A stretch of 64,000 nt of DNA from Ignisphaera sp. (GCA_038821645.1 JAWBDT010000007.1:1-64000), one strand, 5' to 3'; positions 9,280 to 19,937 are shown, counted from the stretch's first letter. Notes: generated by a model not told the origin, from the letters alone. A program made the numbers and translations.

Positions 9280-10704
9280 TCATATTTTGAATTCCTTTTT
9301 AACGATAGGTTTACTCCAAGATCCTCTATATATCCATAAAAATGATAAGAGGCCACCAACTATATTACTTAAAGCAAAAGCAATATATATACCTAGTGTA
9401 GCAAGACCTGCTACTACACCTAATATATACCCCATACCTATCCTTATACCCCATAGCCTAATCATGTTTATAACTGTAGGCATAAGTGTATGTCCTGAGC
9501 CTCGACCTACAGACATGGCCGAAAATGTTAAAGCAAAGAATGCAAGAGTCCAGATGGTTATTGTTAAAAATTTTTCAACTTCATTATATATCATCTCGAT
9601 AGTGTCTTTCGGAACATTTTCTCCTGTTATAAATATTGATACAATGTTGTTTCTAACAAAATACACAATAATTGATGTTGCAAATACTGATAAGAATATG
9701 AATAACGAGGTAGTTATCGCAATTTTTCTAGCACGTTTCTTGTTGTTTGCTCCAAGATTTTGACCCACCATAATTGCTATACTTTCCGTTAGTCCCCATA
9801 AACTTGTATTAGCTAAATCGAACACTATAAAACCTATAGAGACGGCAGTAGTGGCTATAACTCCAAAGGTGTTAATCAATCTATTTTGAAGATTAAAAGC
9901 AATAGTGTTCGATATGTTCATTATCAGTAATGGTGTCGCTATTCTTAGAGCTAGTTTTAGGTAATCTTTATCAATACTAAACGATATCCTCAGTTTTATC
10001 CATGAATATCTTTCAAACAGTCTCTCCATTAGAATTATAATACTCACAATCTTACTCAAAACTGTTGCTAGAGCTGCACCAGCTGTACCCATTGGAGGTA
10101 TATAGCTAAAGCCCATTATAAGTACTGGATCTAGAACAACATTAGTAAGGGCACCAACCATCTGAGAAAAAGCAGAAGTCTTGGTGTCACCTATGGATTG
10201 GATCAGCACTGATATAGTAAGATTTAGGGATAGAAGAACTATATCTATGCTCATGATGTATGAGTATAACAGAACATGATCTAGTATCTCGTTAGGTGTT
10301 GCTACAAAATTTTTGAAGATGTATCGAGACGACGAATAGAATAATGCACCAGATATAATACCGCTAGCTATAGATATACTTAACATCTTAGACACTACAT
10401 CATTTATATTATCATACATTTTTGCACCAACATACTGTGAAAGTATAGCAAGATTAGCAGATGCAAAGCTCATTACAAATGATGAAAAAAGAGAATAAAC
10501 AGGCCACACTTGTCTAGGAACAGCCATAGCGAATTGATTATATCTGCTAAGCCAAAAAGCATCAACAATACCATAGATATCTTGAACCAATCTCACAAAA
10601 AGCAATGGTAAACCCAAACGTAAGAATACCGTTATTATTGGACCACTTACAATAGCTTCACGATATTTGCTGCTATCTCCTGGAATGGTTCTAGCCATAT
10701 ACAT
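9280..10704 (-). CDS. MATE family efflux transporter
   Basis: About 12 TM segments; DAFWL, SQYVGA, GDTKT, NVVLDP, GQNLGA, GSGHT MATE motifs. Confidence 0.9.
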   Translation of the reverse strand: MYMARTIPGDSSKYREAIVSGPIITVFLRLGLPLLFVRLVQDIYGIVDAFWLSRYNQFAMAVPRQVWPVYSLFSSFVMSFASANLAILSQYVGAKMYDNINDVVSKMLSISIASGIISGALFYSSSRYIFKNFVATPNEILDHVLLYSYIMSIDIVLLSLNLTISVLIQSIGDTKTSAFSQMVGALTNVVLDPVLIMGFSYIPPMGTAGAALATVLSKIVSIIILMERLFERYSWIKLRISFSIDKDYLKLALRIATPLLIMNISNTIAFNLQNRLINTFGVIATTAVSIGFIVFDLANTSLWGLTESIAIMVGQNLGANNKKRARKIAITTSLFIFLSVFATSIIVYFVRNNIVSIFITGENVPKDTIEMIYNEVEKFLTITIWTLAFFALTFSAMSVGRGSGHTLMPTVINMIRLWGIRIGMGYILGVVAGLATLGIYIAFALSNIVGGLLSFLWIYRGSWSKPIVKKEFKI

Positions 10705-10706
10705 AC

Positions 10707-10744
10707 CTTATATTTCTGAGGAACATATTCCTCAGAAATATAAG
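10707..10744. promoter_or_regulatory. Perfect 17-bp-arm palindrome, putative PadR operator between divergent MATE and padR genes
   Basis: CTTATATTTCTGAGGAA-cata-TTCCTCAGAAATATAAG. Confidence 0.7.
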
Positions 10745-10802
10745 CTTAAAATATCTATCTAAGGTTCTGATAGAGAATATATGTAGCGTAGAGGTTGATA
10801 GT

Positions 10803-11246
10803 TTGGTCAAGAGAGCTAGATACTCATGGCTAAAGAACCTTATACTAGCTATCTTAGCAAGCGGTGAGGTTATGCATGGATATGTAATATACAAGAGAAT
10901 AGAGGAAGCTGTAGGTGCTAGATGGAGGCCATCGATAGGTACTTTCTATAGGATATTGATGAGATTGAGAAATGAGGGTATGATTGAATGTTATAAACAG
11001 AATAGAAGGACAGTTTGTAAGATCTCTGATAAAGGTCTAAACTATATGATAGATGAGATATCACTACATTTGCCAAAATTCTTAGGTGTAATTAATGAAG
11101 TACTTAAAGCTTATGTATATGTAGTTAAGAATAGGAACACAAATATGGATCTAGATACCGTTAATAAGCTTAAAAAATTGATGAAGACTGTAGTAGATTC
11201 TTTAGCTCCAGATTCGTTTAGGTATCTATGTGCATCAGAATCATAA
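10803..11246 (+). CDS. PadR family transcriptional regulator
   Basis: ILAILA..MHGY.I...W.PSIGTFY..L.RL...G.I PadR wHTH signature. Confidence 0.88.
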   Translation: MVKRARYSWLKNLILAILASGEVMHGYVIYKRIEEAVGARWRPSIGTFYRILMRLRNEGMIECYKQNRRTVCKISDKGLNYMIDEISLHLPKFLGVINEVLKAYVYVVKNRNTNMDLDTVNKLKKLMKTVVDSLAPDSFRYLCASES

Positions 11247-11472
11247 CTAAGGTGTTTACTTAATCAATATTCTTTTCTCCTTAAGTCAGACCTATATAGA
11301 TTAAATTAAGATACATCATGATTGTTTTATGATTAGGTATAAATTATTTAAATAATTTAAATGTATTCTATAGATGATGCTCCAAATCCTGAATTTAAAT
11401 TATTAGAAAATACTTAATGATAAAGTTTAATAGTTTAATGAATTCGCAATACTGTAAAAGTGGGTATGGACA

Positions 11473-12069
11473 ATGGAGATAGAACAAACACGTCTAAGAA
11501 CCTCTACTACTCATTTCGCACCATCAACGATAGCTTACATTGTAGTGTTTTCAGCATTAGCTATAGTGTTACACATATTTCAGTATCCATTTCCATTAGC
11601 GCCTTGGCTTAAATTTGATTTAGCCGGAGTACCTCTGACAATATTGTCGCTAATATCACTAAAGTTGGGGGGAATAGGATTCACAATATTTTGGGTAGGA
11701 TCACTCCTACTTACCACAGATCCCACAAGAGTTATAGGGCCTTCTATGAAGACAATAGCAGAAGCTTCAACAGCATTACCTTTTGCATACATATACAAGA
11801 GATCTAAGGAAGAAAGCCTCAAGACTATTGTCATAGGGTTTGCAATAGCTTTAGCATCTCGTGTACTTATAATGCTACTTTTAAATTATATTGTAGCACC
11901 TTACTGGCTTGTATGGGCTAGATGGATGAAGACTCTCGAAGATGCGTATAGATTCACTATTACATATTTACCGTTTAATGCTCTATTTAATGCCATAGTT
12001 GTCTGCTATGTGGTACCTATAGCAGCTGCTATATGGAAGTCTGTTAAGAAGTACATACTACCGTCATAA
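11473..12069 (+). CDS. ECF transporter S component (RibU-like)
   Basis: Six TM segments, PLAPWLKFDLAGVP motif, C-terminal LPFN; first gene of an S-A-T operon. Confidence 0.75.
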   Translation: MEIEQTRLRTSTTHFAPSTIAYIVVFSALAIVLHIFQYPFPLAPWLKFDLAGVPLTILSLISLKLGGIGFTIFWVGSLLLTTDPTRVIGPSMKTIAEASTALPFAYIYKRSKEESLKTIVIGFAIALASRVLIMLLLNYIVAPYWLVWARWMKTLEDAYRFTITYLPFNALFNAIVVCYVVPIAAAIWKSVKKYILPS

Positions 12070-12111
12070 ACTTAGATACTCTCTACAGAAAATTGGTATG
12101 GGTCTCTCAAG

Positions 12112-13572
12112 GTGAATTCAATAAACAATACATTTTTTAATCATGTGGTTTACGTAGATAATCTATGGGTAAAGTATAGAGATAGTGATTGGGTACTTAA
12201 GGGAGTCAATCTTAATATAGGTAAAGGTGAAAGTGTTTTAATAGTTGGTTCAAGTGGAGGTGGAAAAACAACACTAGCTAGAGCACTATGTGGATTAGCT
12301 GAGAAGATCTTTAGAGTTGAGATAAAAGGAAGGATAGAGATATGCTCTAAACCTGTACATCAGATGGATTTATACGAGCTTCAGAAATGTATACAGATCG
12401 TGAATCAAGATCCATATACACATTTCCTTGAACCTATACCTATAGAAGACATGATTACATATGCTGAAGGAATCTACGGAAGTAAGAGTTATGAAATAGT
12501 TGATCATGTATTAAAGATGTTCAAAGTTGAAGAAATAGCTAGGAAACCGATAGTCAATCTATCTGGAGGTCAATTAAGGAGACTAGCTATAGCTAAAGCG
12601 CTTATTACCGATCCTAAGATAGTGGTTCTTGATGAACCTCTGATGTGGCTTGACGATTTTGATGGAATAGATCTGGTTATGAGTGTTCTAAAAACGCTGA
12701 GGAGCCTCAAAAAAACGGTAATAGTTTTTGAGCATAGATTTCTACGTCTACTAAATCTCTTTGACAATGTATATAATTTAAATAATGGGCATCTATATAA
12801 GCTAGATAGAGATATGGTGTTTCATAAAATAGATGATAGAACTAATACCGATAAAGCTACATATAAATATAGAGGTATTAATGAGAACACGTGTCGAGAA
12901 GGACCAGTACTAGAGTTAAAAGATGTATGGTTTAGATATGACAGAGGTTCAGATTGGTTGTTAAAAGGAGTAGAGCTTAATGTATGTAGAGGAGATAATA
13001 TAGTAATCTATGGTCGCAACGGTAGCGGTAAATCAACACTACTACGCATTATAGCAGGGATATTGAAGCCTGTAAGAGGTATTAGAAAGGTTTATGCTAA
13101 AGTGCTTTACGTTCCTCAAGTACCGTACCTGTTCATAACTGAAGATAGTGTATTCTCGGAGGTAAAGACAATATGTAGACATACAATTAAAAACAATACT
13201 TGTATAAACGAAGGAACAGAGGTTCTCAAAAAATTTGGTTTCACCAATCTTGATGTACCGCCTATAAACTTGTCGTGGGGTCAGCAAACAAGACTTGCTG
13301 TACTATTATCATATATAGCTTCAAGAAATGGTGTAGTGATTCTTGATGAACCTTTCACAGGTTCTACTTATTTAGATAGCTTCAATATCATTGATCTATT
13401 GCTAAAGTTAGACAATGTCGCGAAAATAATTACGTTAAGTAGTAAGGACTATATACCTTTGTTTAAGGATGCTAGAACATATATTCTTGATGAAGGCACG
13501 TTAAAGTCTTTTGAATATCGAGACATAACTATATCAAAGATTGTGGAGCTCTCTAAATTGATTTACCAGTAG
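12112..13572 (+). CDS. ECF transporter fused double ATPase (A-A')
   Basis: Two Walker A motifs (GSSGGGKT, GRNGSGKS), LSGGQ and LSWGQ signatures, two LDEP motifs. Confidence 0.88.
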   Translation: MNSINNTFFNHVVYVDNLWVKYRDSDWVLKGVNLNIGKGESVLIVGSSGGGKTTLARALCGLAEKIFRVEIKGRIEICSKPVHQMDLYELQKCIQIVNQDPYTHFLEPIPIEDMITYAEGIYGSKSYEIVDHVLKMFKVEEIARKPIVNLSGGQLRRLAIAKALITDPKIVVLDEPLMWLDDFDGIDLVMSVLKTLRSLKKTVIVFEHRFLRLLNLFDNVYNLNNGHLYKLDRDMVFHKIDDRTNTDKATYKYRGINENTCREGPVLELKDVWFRYDRGSDWLLKGVELNVCRGDNIVIYGRNGSGKSTLLRIIAGILKPVRGIRKVYAKVLYVPQVPYLFITEDSVFSEVKTICRHTIKNNTCINEGTEVLKKFGFTNLDVPPINLSWGQQTRLAVLLSYIASRNGVVILDEPFTGSTYLDSFNIIDLLLKLDNVAKIITLSSKDYIPLFKDARTYILDEGTLKSFEYRDITISKIVELSKLIYQ

Positions 13573-13591
13573 ACTGTTAGGTGATGTATAG

Positions 13592-14308
13592 ATGAGTAGT
13601 GTTAAGAGATTTGCTGAATTATTTATACCTATAGGTAGCAGGGTTTTCTCGATATACACAAGGATCTTTCTACCTATATCAATGAGCTCTATATCTATTG
13701 TATCAACACTTCAGCCATTCCAAGACAGAGGAATAGTTTTTACGGTATATGGTTTTACTGTAGTTTTGTCACTTATGTATATCGTGAAGATTCTAGAAAG
13801 AGCACTGAGGAGTCTCACTCTACCATTCATGTTTATAGCTCTAGGTCTTCTGGTTAACTTCATATCTATGTTTTTAGGACTTACACCACCACCAATATAT
13901 TCTTTAATATTGTCTGCATTCAAGGTTTCATTGATCTTCATATCTATAGCTCTTCTTATTCAATGGTTAAGTTTTAGAGAATTCAGATGTGTATTGAAGA
14001 TGATCAGGTTAAGCAGTCTAGCAAAGATATTGACTATAGTGATGGCAGTTATGCCTACGCTATTCAATAACTATGCAGAATCATATACCGCAGTATTTCT
14101 GAAGCTAGGTAGACGAAGAGTTTACAAGGCTGTGAAACCATTGGTAGTTCAATCAGCTATACTGGCTCTAGATATTGCACAAGCACTCTATCTGTATGGA
14201 TTCCCTAGAGATGTTTGTATATCTATTGATAGACCTAAAGCTAAAGAAATAGCTTTAATTGTGGCAATAATTTTTATAGGGATACTACTTCTACTCTACA
14301 TGCCATAG
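13592..14308 (+). CDS. ECF transporter T component (divergent)
   Basis: Hydrophobic N-half; C-terminal AQALYLYGF resembles the EcfT A..ARG motif; follows S and A genes. Confidence 0.6.
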   Translation: MSSVKRFAELFIPIGSRVFSIYTRIFLPISMSSISIVSTLQPFQDRGIVFTVYGFTVVLSLMYIVKILERALRSLTLPFMFIALGLLVNFISMFLGLTPPPIYSLILSAFKVSLIFISIALLIQWLSFREFRCVLKMIRLSSLAKILTIVMAVMPTLFNNYAESYTAVFLKLGRRRVYKAVKPLVVQSAILALDIAQALYLYGFPRDVCISIDRPKAKEIALIVAIIFIGILLLLYMP

Positions 14309-15582
14309 ACTTCACCTCTATCTTTAATCATTCTATAAACTAAATCACGAATCGTTCTCAATGGTAGACCTGTAGCTTGAGCTATAGCCTTCAAACTCTC
14401 GTACTCTGGTTTTATAACCAGCACATTACCCTTTAGATCTTTACTAATTTTGAATACAACTGGATATTTAGTGCCTTTAATTTCTACGTCTATTATCCTC
14501 TTCTCCCTAATGGGTACAACAAATCTTCTGTATCTTGTATACCTTACACCCAGGGTACCAAGCTCATCTATAAGAATTCTGGCGATTTCACTAACCTTAT
14601 CTAAATCAGCTATAACTCTAATAGTGTATCCAGGCCTATTTTTCTTCATGTATAGAGGAACTATAGCTACATCTCTAGCACCTACTTCCATAAGCTTATT
14701 AAATATATGGCCTATGATTTCTCCAGAAACATCATCTATATCAGTTTCAATTACAGCTATATCTTCAGACGCAAGATCTTCAATATCAAACTTGGTATCG
14801 TCGTATCCGACAATAATTCTCAATATATTTGGCAAATCCTTTAAATCCCTTGATCCTGCACCATATCCTATAGATTCAATACGAATAGAAGGTATGTATT
14901 CGGTAAATTCTTTAACAATGCCTGCAATTATTGCAGCACCCGTTGGTGTTGTAAGTTCCTGTTCTATAGGGCCTCCAACTATCTTGGCCTTTACCTTTTT
15001 CAGTATCTCTAATGTTGCAGGTGTAGGTACAGGATATAGACCATGTGTACAATGGATTCTTCCACCTCCAATAGCTATAGGAAGTGATATAAAGTGAGAC
15101 TCTATGAGGTCTAGTGTTTGAAGCGCTATTGCTGAACCAATTATATCAACAAATGTGTCAGCAGAACTCAGTTCATGCATATGTGTGGTGTAGAGATCAA
15201 TATCTCCATGAATAGATAATTCAGCTTCTACAAGTATCTCTATAGCTCTTAGAGCAAAGTTTTTTGCATTATCATTAAGATCTATATTTGAACATATGTT
15301 TCTAGTAATTTCTATCATTTCTTGTCCTGTTCTATACCTATGCTTTTCTTCAACCTTGATTCTGAGACTCTTAGCCTTAATACCCCTTTTTACAACATCA
15401 ATAAAATCTAGCTCGAGTTTTTCGACACCTTCAGCATATTTTGGAACAACATCTTCAAGAACCTTTATTTTATCTATGTTGGCACCAAGCGATACTAGTG
15501 CTGATAAAAACATATCACCTGAGATTCCAGCTATGCTTGGATCTAAAACCACAATCTTCTTCATATTGATACACACAATCAT
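14296..15582 (-). CDS. larC: Nickel-pincer cofactor nickel insertase LarC
   Basis: AGISGDMFLSAL, HMHE..D..VDIIG, HGLYPVPTPAT, ELTTPTGAA, GYGAG, ETDIDD, MKKNRPG, KPEYE. Confidence 0.92.
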   Translation of the reverse strand: MIVCINMKKIVVLDPSIAGISGDMFLSALVSLGANIDKIKVLEDVVPKYAEGVEKLELDFIDVVKRGIKAKSLRIKVEEKHRYRTGQEMIEITRNICSNIDLNDNAKNFALRAIEILVEAELSIHGDIDLYTTHMHELSSADTFVDIIGSAIALQTLDLIESHFISLPIAIGGGRIHCTHGLYPVPTPATLEILKKVKAKIVGGPIEQELTTPTGAAIIAGIVKEFTEYIPSIRIESIGYGAGSRDLKDLPNILRIIVGYDDTKFDIEDLASEDIAVIETDIDDVSGEIIGHIFNKLMEVGARDVAIVPLYMKKNRPGYTIRVIADLDKVSEIARILIDELGTLGVRYTRYRRFVVPIREKRIIDVEIKGTKYPVVFKISKDLKGNVLVIKPEYESLKAIAQATGLPLRTIRDLVYRMIKDRGEVYGM

Positions 15583-16391
15583 GTTATTTGCATCAAACCT
15601 TCTTTACATTTTTCTCTATATAATGAAATTCGTTTACCTATTAGTGCTGCAAGAACAGCAGCATTAACACCATTATCTATATTCACTACGGCAAGCCCCA
15701 ATGGACATGCTTGAAGCATTGAATATAGAGCAGCTATCCCTTCTCCACCAAGACCATAGCCTACAGATGTAGGTACAGCTATAACAGGTACATCTATTAG
15801 TGAAGCTACAACTGATGGGAGAGCTCCCTCCATACCAGCTACCACTATAACCACATCAGCATCAACATCTTTTACCTTCTTAAGAGCTTCTATAACTCTA
15901 TGAAGACCCGCTACACCAACATCGTATATCGATATAGCTCTACATCCCATCTCCTCTACAACTATTCTACACTCTTCAGCTACAGATATATCGGCTGTAC
16001 CAGCAGTAAGAATACCAATAGTACATTGATGCTTCCTTCTTTCAAAATCCTTCTTTCTCACTACAGCTATCCTTCCTCTATCAAAAACTTCTATCTCTAG
16101 ATCATCTATCTGCAAATTCTTTAGATAATTTATATGTTCTTTCCTAAGTCTAGATATAATTATTCTACCGGTTTTCGGAACAACACTCCTTATTATCTTT
16201 TCAAGTTCTTCTAAATCCTTTTTCTCAGCGAAAACAATCTCAGGTATATCTCTCCTAAGTTCTCTACCTAAATCATATCTAATCTTATCATCTATATACT
16301 CTAGCTCGAAAATCTTCAATCTCTTAATAGCTTCATCTACATCAATATCTCTTTTTGCAACCTTCTCAAGAATCTCTCTAATACTTGACAA
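15579..16391 (-). CDS. larB: Nickel-pincer cofactor biosynthesis carboxylase/hydrolase LarB
   Basis: PEIVFAEKK, AGTADISVAEE, DVGVAGLHR, AGMEGALPSVV, PTSVGYG, VNIDNG. Confidence 0.92.
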   Translation of the reverse strand: MSSIREILEKVAKRDIDVDEAIKRLKIFELEYIDDKIRYDLGRELRRDIPEIVFAEKKDLEELEKIIRSVVPKTGRIIISRLRKEHINYLKNLQIDDLEIEVFDRGRIAVVRKKDFERRKHQCTIGILTAGTADISVAEECRIVVEEMGCRAISIYDVGVAGLHRVIEALKKVKDVDADVVIVVAGMEGALPSVVASLIDVPVIAVPTSVGYGLGGEGIAALYSMLQACPLGLAVVNIDNGVNAAVLAALIGKRISLYREKCKEGLMQIT

Positions 16392-16413
16392 GAGATACCT
16401 CCTCTCTAATCTT

Positions 16414-16866
16414 CTAGTTGTCGAAGAACTTAAGAAACTCTATAACTGTTCCTAAACTTTTTCGTGTATCTACATATATGTACATACCGTTTTCGAAATA
16501 ACCAAGTTGTTCAATATCACCACCAATATCCTTTAGTTTCTCAATACATTCATCAACATTTTCTACTTTAAAAGCTATATGATGAACACCTTGACCATAG
16601 TTCTTAAGGTATGTACTCCAAGTGCTATCACCATCTATAGGTTCTATCAATTCTATAACAATATTATCTAGTTCTATAAAAGCTAGCTTTGCTTTTCCAG
16701 CAGGTTTACCTCTATACATTGCTTTTGTCTTGCTCCAATCATCTGTTTCAATGATTTTCGGCTTCTCGAGACCTAAGATCATACACCATTTTCTAGCAAC
16801 GTTCTCTACATCGTTTACAACTATACCTATCTGAATCACGTTCTTCAAATTCTTAGTGCAAGTCAT
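16414..16866 (-). CDS. VOC family protein (methylmalonyl-CoA epimerase/glyoxalase-like); true start is 16866-16881, not 17007
   Basis: QIGIVV.D, IELIEP, GVHHIAF.V, VIEF metal-binding pattern; the longer ORF overlaps a divergent gene. Confidence 0.8.
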   Translation of the reverse strand: MTCTKNLKNVIQIGIVVNDVENVARKWCMILGLEKPKIIETDDWSKTKAMYRGKPAGKAKLAFIELDNIVIELIEPIDGDSTWSTYLKNYGQGVHHIAFKVENVDECIEKLKDIGGDIEQLGYFENGMYIYVDTRKSLGTVIEFLKFFDN

Positions 16867-16939
16867 AGAGATCATACACATGATGAACACTAAACTTAAT
16901 ATCTTTTTGAGGAATATTCTATCTAGAGTATGATGATAA

Positions 16940-17719
16940 ATGGAAGGATATAATCCAATTGAATTAACGGAAATAGTCAAGAAACATGTTACACAAACAC
17001 GTAACAATATCGAGGAACGAAAATATTATCGATTTAGAGGAGGTAGATGGTATGGAGGTATAGCTACAGGTGATGTAGTTGGATGTAACCTCAGATGTAG
17101 ATTCTGTTGGGGATGGCGCTATACTCATAGCGTTGATAAAGGCTATTTTATGTCACCTGAAGAAGTATTCATGAAGCTTATAGATATAGCTTTAGATAGA
17201 GGTTATAGATATATCAGATTAAGTGGTGGAGAACCAACAATCTCAATAGATCACATGATTTATCTATTGAATAGAGTTGAAGAAACAAAACTCATATTCA
17301 TAGTAGAGACAAACGGAATAATGATAGGATACGATGAACAAATAGCGAAAAAACTTGCAAATTACAGTAGGATAATTGTAAGAATATCATTTAAAGGAAC
17401 AACACCTGAAGAATTCCATAGACTTACTGGAGCTTCATCTAGGTTTTTCGAGTACCAGTTTAAAGCTCTCGAAAATCTTCTAAACAGTGGCATGAAACCT
17501 GGGGAAGATTTCTATCCAGCTGTAATGCTAAGCTTCACTCAAGACGAAAACTATATACAATTCAAGAGAAAACTAAAGACTATTCACCCCATACTTTCAG
17601 AAACAATAGATGAGGAATACATAATATTGTATCCACACGTTATCGAAATACTAAATAGACATAACCTTAAACCAAGAATAGCATTCAAACCAGAAAACAT
17701 ACCAGAATTTATGGTGTAA
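16940..17719 (+). CDS. Radical SAM protein (small archaeal COG5014-like)
   Basis: CNLRCRFC, RLSGGEPT, ETNG. Confidence 0.85.
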   Translation: MEGYNPIELTEIVKKHVTQTRNNIEERKYYRFRGGRWYGGIATGDVVGCNLRCRFCWGWRYTHSVDKGYFMSPEEVFMKLIDIALDRGYRYIRLSGGEPTISIDHMIYLLNRVEETKLIFIVETNGIMIGYDEQIAKKLANYSRIIVRISFKGTTPEEFHRLTGASSRFFEYQFKALENLLNSGMKPGEDFYPAVMLSFTQDENYIQFKRKLKTIHPILSETIDEEYIILYPHVIEILNRHNLKPRIAFKPENIPEFMV

Positions 17720-18121
17720 ATACATCAATAATGATCAATTACAACCATATGTATATGTACTATATACTACAGTAGCGTTCAAGTAACTATATAGCTACAT
17801 TACATACACATGGATATAGTTAGAGTACATCTTCGAAAAGTATGTCTACTGCAGTAATCTTTATATATAGGCGCACCCAGTTGGTAAGGATATTACACAC
17901 TATTATGGATACTGTTGACGAAAATGATAATAAACATATACCTAGAGTTCAATAACAAGTTGGTTTTAGTAATACAGTAGCCATAGAGAAGAATGCTTAA
18001 GGAAATTCTACTGCTGAAACCCATATTTAAACTCTGAGGTTATACCTAGGTAATTCACCTAACTATAAGACACAATACAGGAGAAAGATAATACCTCTAA
18101 CTATAGAGTCTCTGGTGGGTT

Positions 18122-18418
18122 ATGATAATTATGAGGAGACAAATATTTAGAAAGATTATAAATATTGTTATTGAAGGTTATGCTGTTGGTAATGATGCTC
18201 TTGAACTCAGTATAAAGCCTATAAATAGCGAGATAGAGATAACCAATCTATGTATAGAGAACTCTGGTAAAAATGGTAATGGAACTAACTGTAGAAAGGT
18301 ATTCTTATATGTAGATCCAACAGGATTTGGAAACATTACTCTTGATGCAATAAAGATGAGTAATAAAGACACAATTGATTTAAATGCTAACATAAAATTC
18401 TATACAAGAGAACAGTAG
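18122..18418 (+). CDS. Hypothetical protein, possibly a fragment
   Basis: ORF with a GGTGG RBS-like site; no recognisable motif. Confidence 0.35.
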   Translation: MIIMRRQIFRKIINIVIEGYAVGNDALELSIKPINSEIEITNLCIENSGKNGNGTNCRKVFLYVDPTGFGNITLDAIKMSNKDTIDLNANIKFYTREQ

Positions 18419-18536
18419 CTATCTAGCTATATCTACCAAATATATGAGATACATCTTCACGTAACATAAATAGATCCATATAAATTAAAACATTTTTTAA
18501 TGATACATCTCCCCAAATCATTGCTCTCCTCTCTTG

Positions 18537-19607
18537 CTAGAAACTTGATCGAATTTCTCGAACCTGTTGAAACACCCACCCTAGATCGTGTATAGATCTT
18601 CTCTCGATATTTTCTTCATATAGTGCTTGAGCTATTAGCGGTAGAGCTATTGTTGCATCGACATATACTACCCTTTTTCTAGCTCTATAAGATACCTTTC
18701 CCCAGCTAACGGCTTCTTCTAGAGTAGCGCCAGACAATCCACCCCATTGAGGCGCATCTGTTGTTATCTGTACAACATATTCTAGTGGTTTGTAGCGTTC
18801 TTCGTTTTTCTCGCTTAGCTCGATAAGTGTTTGAGCGACTGTTACTAAATTGATGTAGTCTTTGGGTACTCCTCCACCGATGTATATAGCCGACATCTTT
18901 TTTGCTTTTCTACCTATCTCTACTATTTGATTGAAGTCTTTAACCATATCTAGAACTATATCATGACTCCTTTCCCTAGAGGCTAGAATAGCTGCAATAC
19001 CGTAAGCACTATCAACTAATGCAGGTGAAAATACTGGTACACCTACTCTATAAGCAGCTGAAATGATACAGTCTATACCTCTTCTATCTAAGTATTCTCC
19101 AAAGAGATACAAGAATTCTGCTGTAGAATATCTTGATCCTCTGGGCAAGGTGTAGATGAACTCCTTTATCAAGTTCTCCATCTTTCGGTATGCAAGCTCA
19201 TCTGCAAACACATCATAGAACCTATCTATCCTATATTTTAGAAGCTCGTAATCATCTACATACGGAGACCCTTTGTAGTAGCTAAAGCCCATAGCTTCGT
19301 ATATATCTTCAGATATGTTTGCGCCTGTTGATACAACAACATCTACATATCTCTTTTCTATAAACCACTTAACTATCTTCCACATACCTGCTGTACTCAT
19401 AGATCCAGCTAACCCTAGAAACACAACATTATCAGGATCTTTCAACATAGATACTATAATTTCATAAACTTCTCCTAGAGCTCTACCTTGATAAGCTGTA
19501 TCGGCAAGATCATTAAGTAGTTCTCTTACGCTTCTATTCCTCAACTCAAATGTTTTCAGTTTCTCGATAAGATACGGATTTTCTGGAGATCTATTCATTT
19601 TATACAC
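18537..19607 (-). CDS. dys: Deoxyhypusine synthase family protein
   Basis: VSTGAN, DRFYDV, IGGGVPKD, GGLSGATLEEAVSWGK (catalytic Lys), DATIALP. Confidence 0.88.
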   Translation of the reverse strand: MYKMNRSPENPYLIEKLKTFELRNRSVRELLNDLADTAYQGRALGEVYEIIVSMLKDPDNVVFLGLAGSMSTAGMWKIVKWFIEKRYVDVVVSTGANISEDIYEAMGFSYYKGSPYVDDYELLKYRIDRFYDVFADELAYRKMENLIKEFIYTLPRGSRYSTAEFLYLFGEYLDRRGIDCIISAAYRVGVPVFSPALVDSAYGIAAILASRERSHDIVLDMVKDFNQIVEIGRKAKKMSAIYIGGGVPKDYINLVTVAQTLIELSEKNEERYKPLEYVVQITTDAPQWGGLSGATLEEAVSWGKVSYRARKRVVYVDATIALPLIAQALYEENIERRSIHDLGWVFQQVREIRSSF

Positions 19608-19937
19608 GTTGAAACAGTTCTAGTCAACCATTTCTATGTATACCCTAATAAATTTAGTAGATCTTGATCCACTATAATAGTCATCATTAATAATAGCAAG
19701 CTTCAGTACAATGTTAACCTGACCAGATATAGAGAGTGTTAACATAAAGTATCTATATCAAAAGTTACTAGGGATGAAGTCAATCTTAGTTAATCTATTA
19801 TGTACTCTAGCTAGATAACATATTGTGTAAATATTATTAAAAGTTTAAATCAAGAGAACTACATGTATATACACAATATTGTACAACACTTCAACACTCA
19901 TCAGTACTCTGAAGCATATAAGGCTTTGGGGAAGAGT

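Noticed and set aside
11250-11470. Possible FMN riboswitch upstream of the RibU-like gene
   Set aside because: No RFN consensus; the region is simply AT-rich
14296-15582. Programmed frameshift in larC
   Set aside because: LarC1 and LarC2 regions are already in one continuous frame
16882-17007. N-terminal extension of the VOC ORF
   Set aside because: Overlaps the divergent radical SAM gene and promoter; the VOC domain starts near 16866
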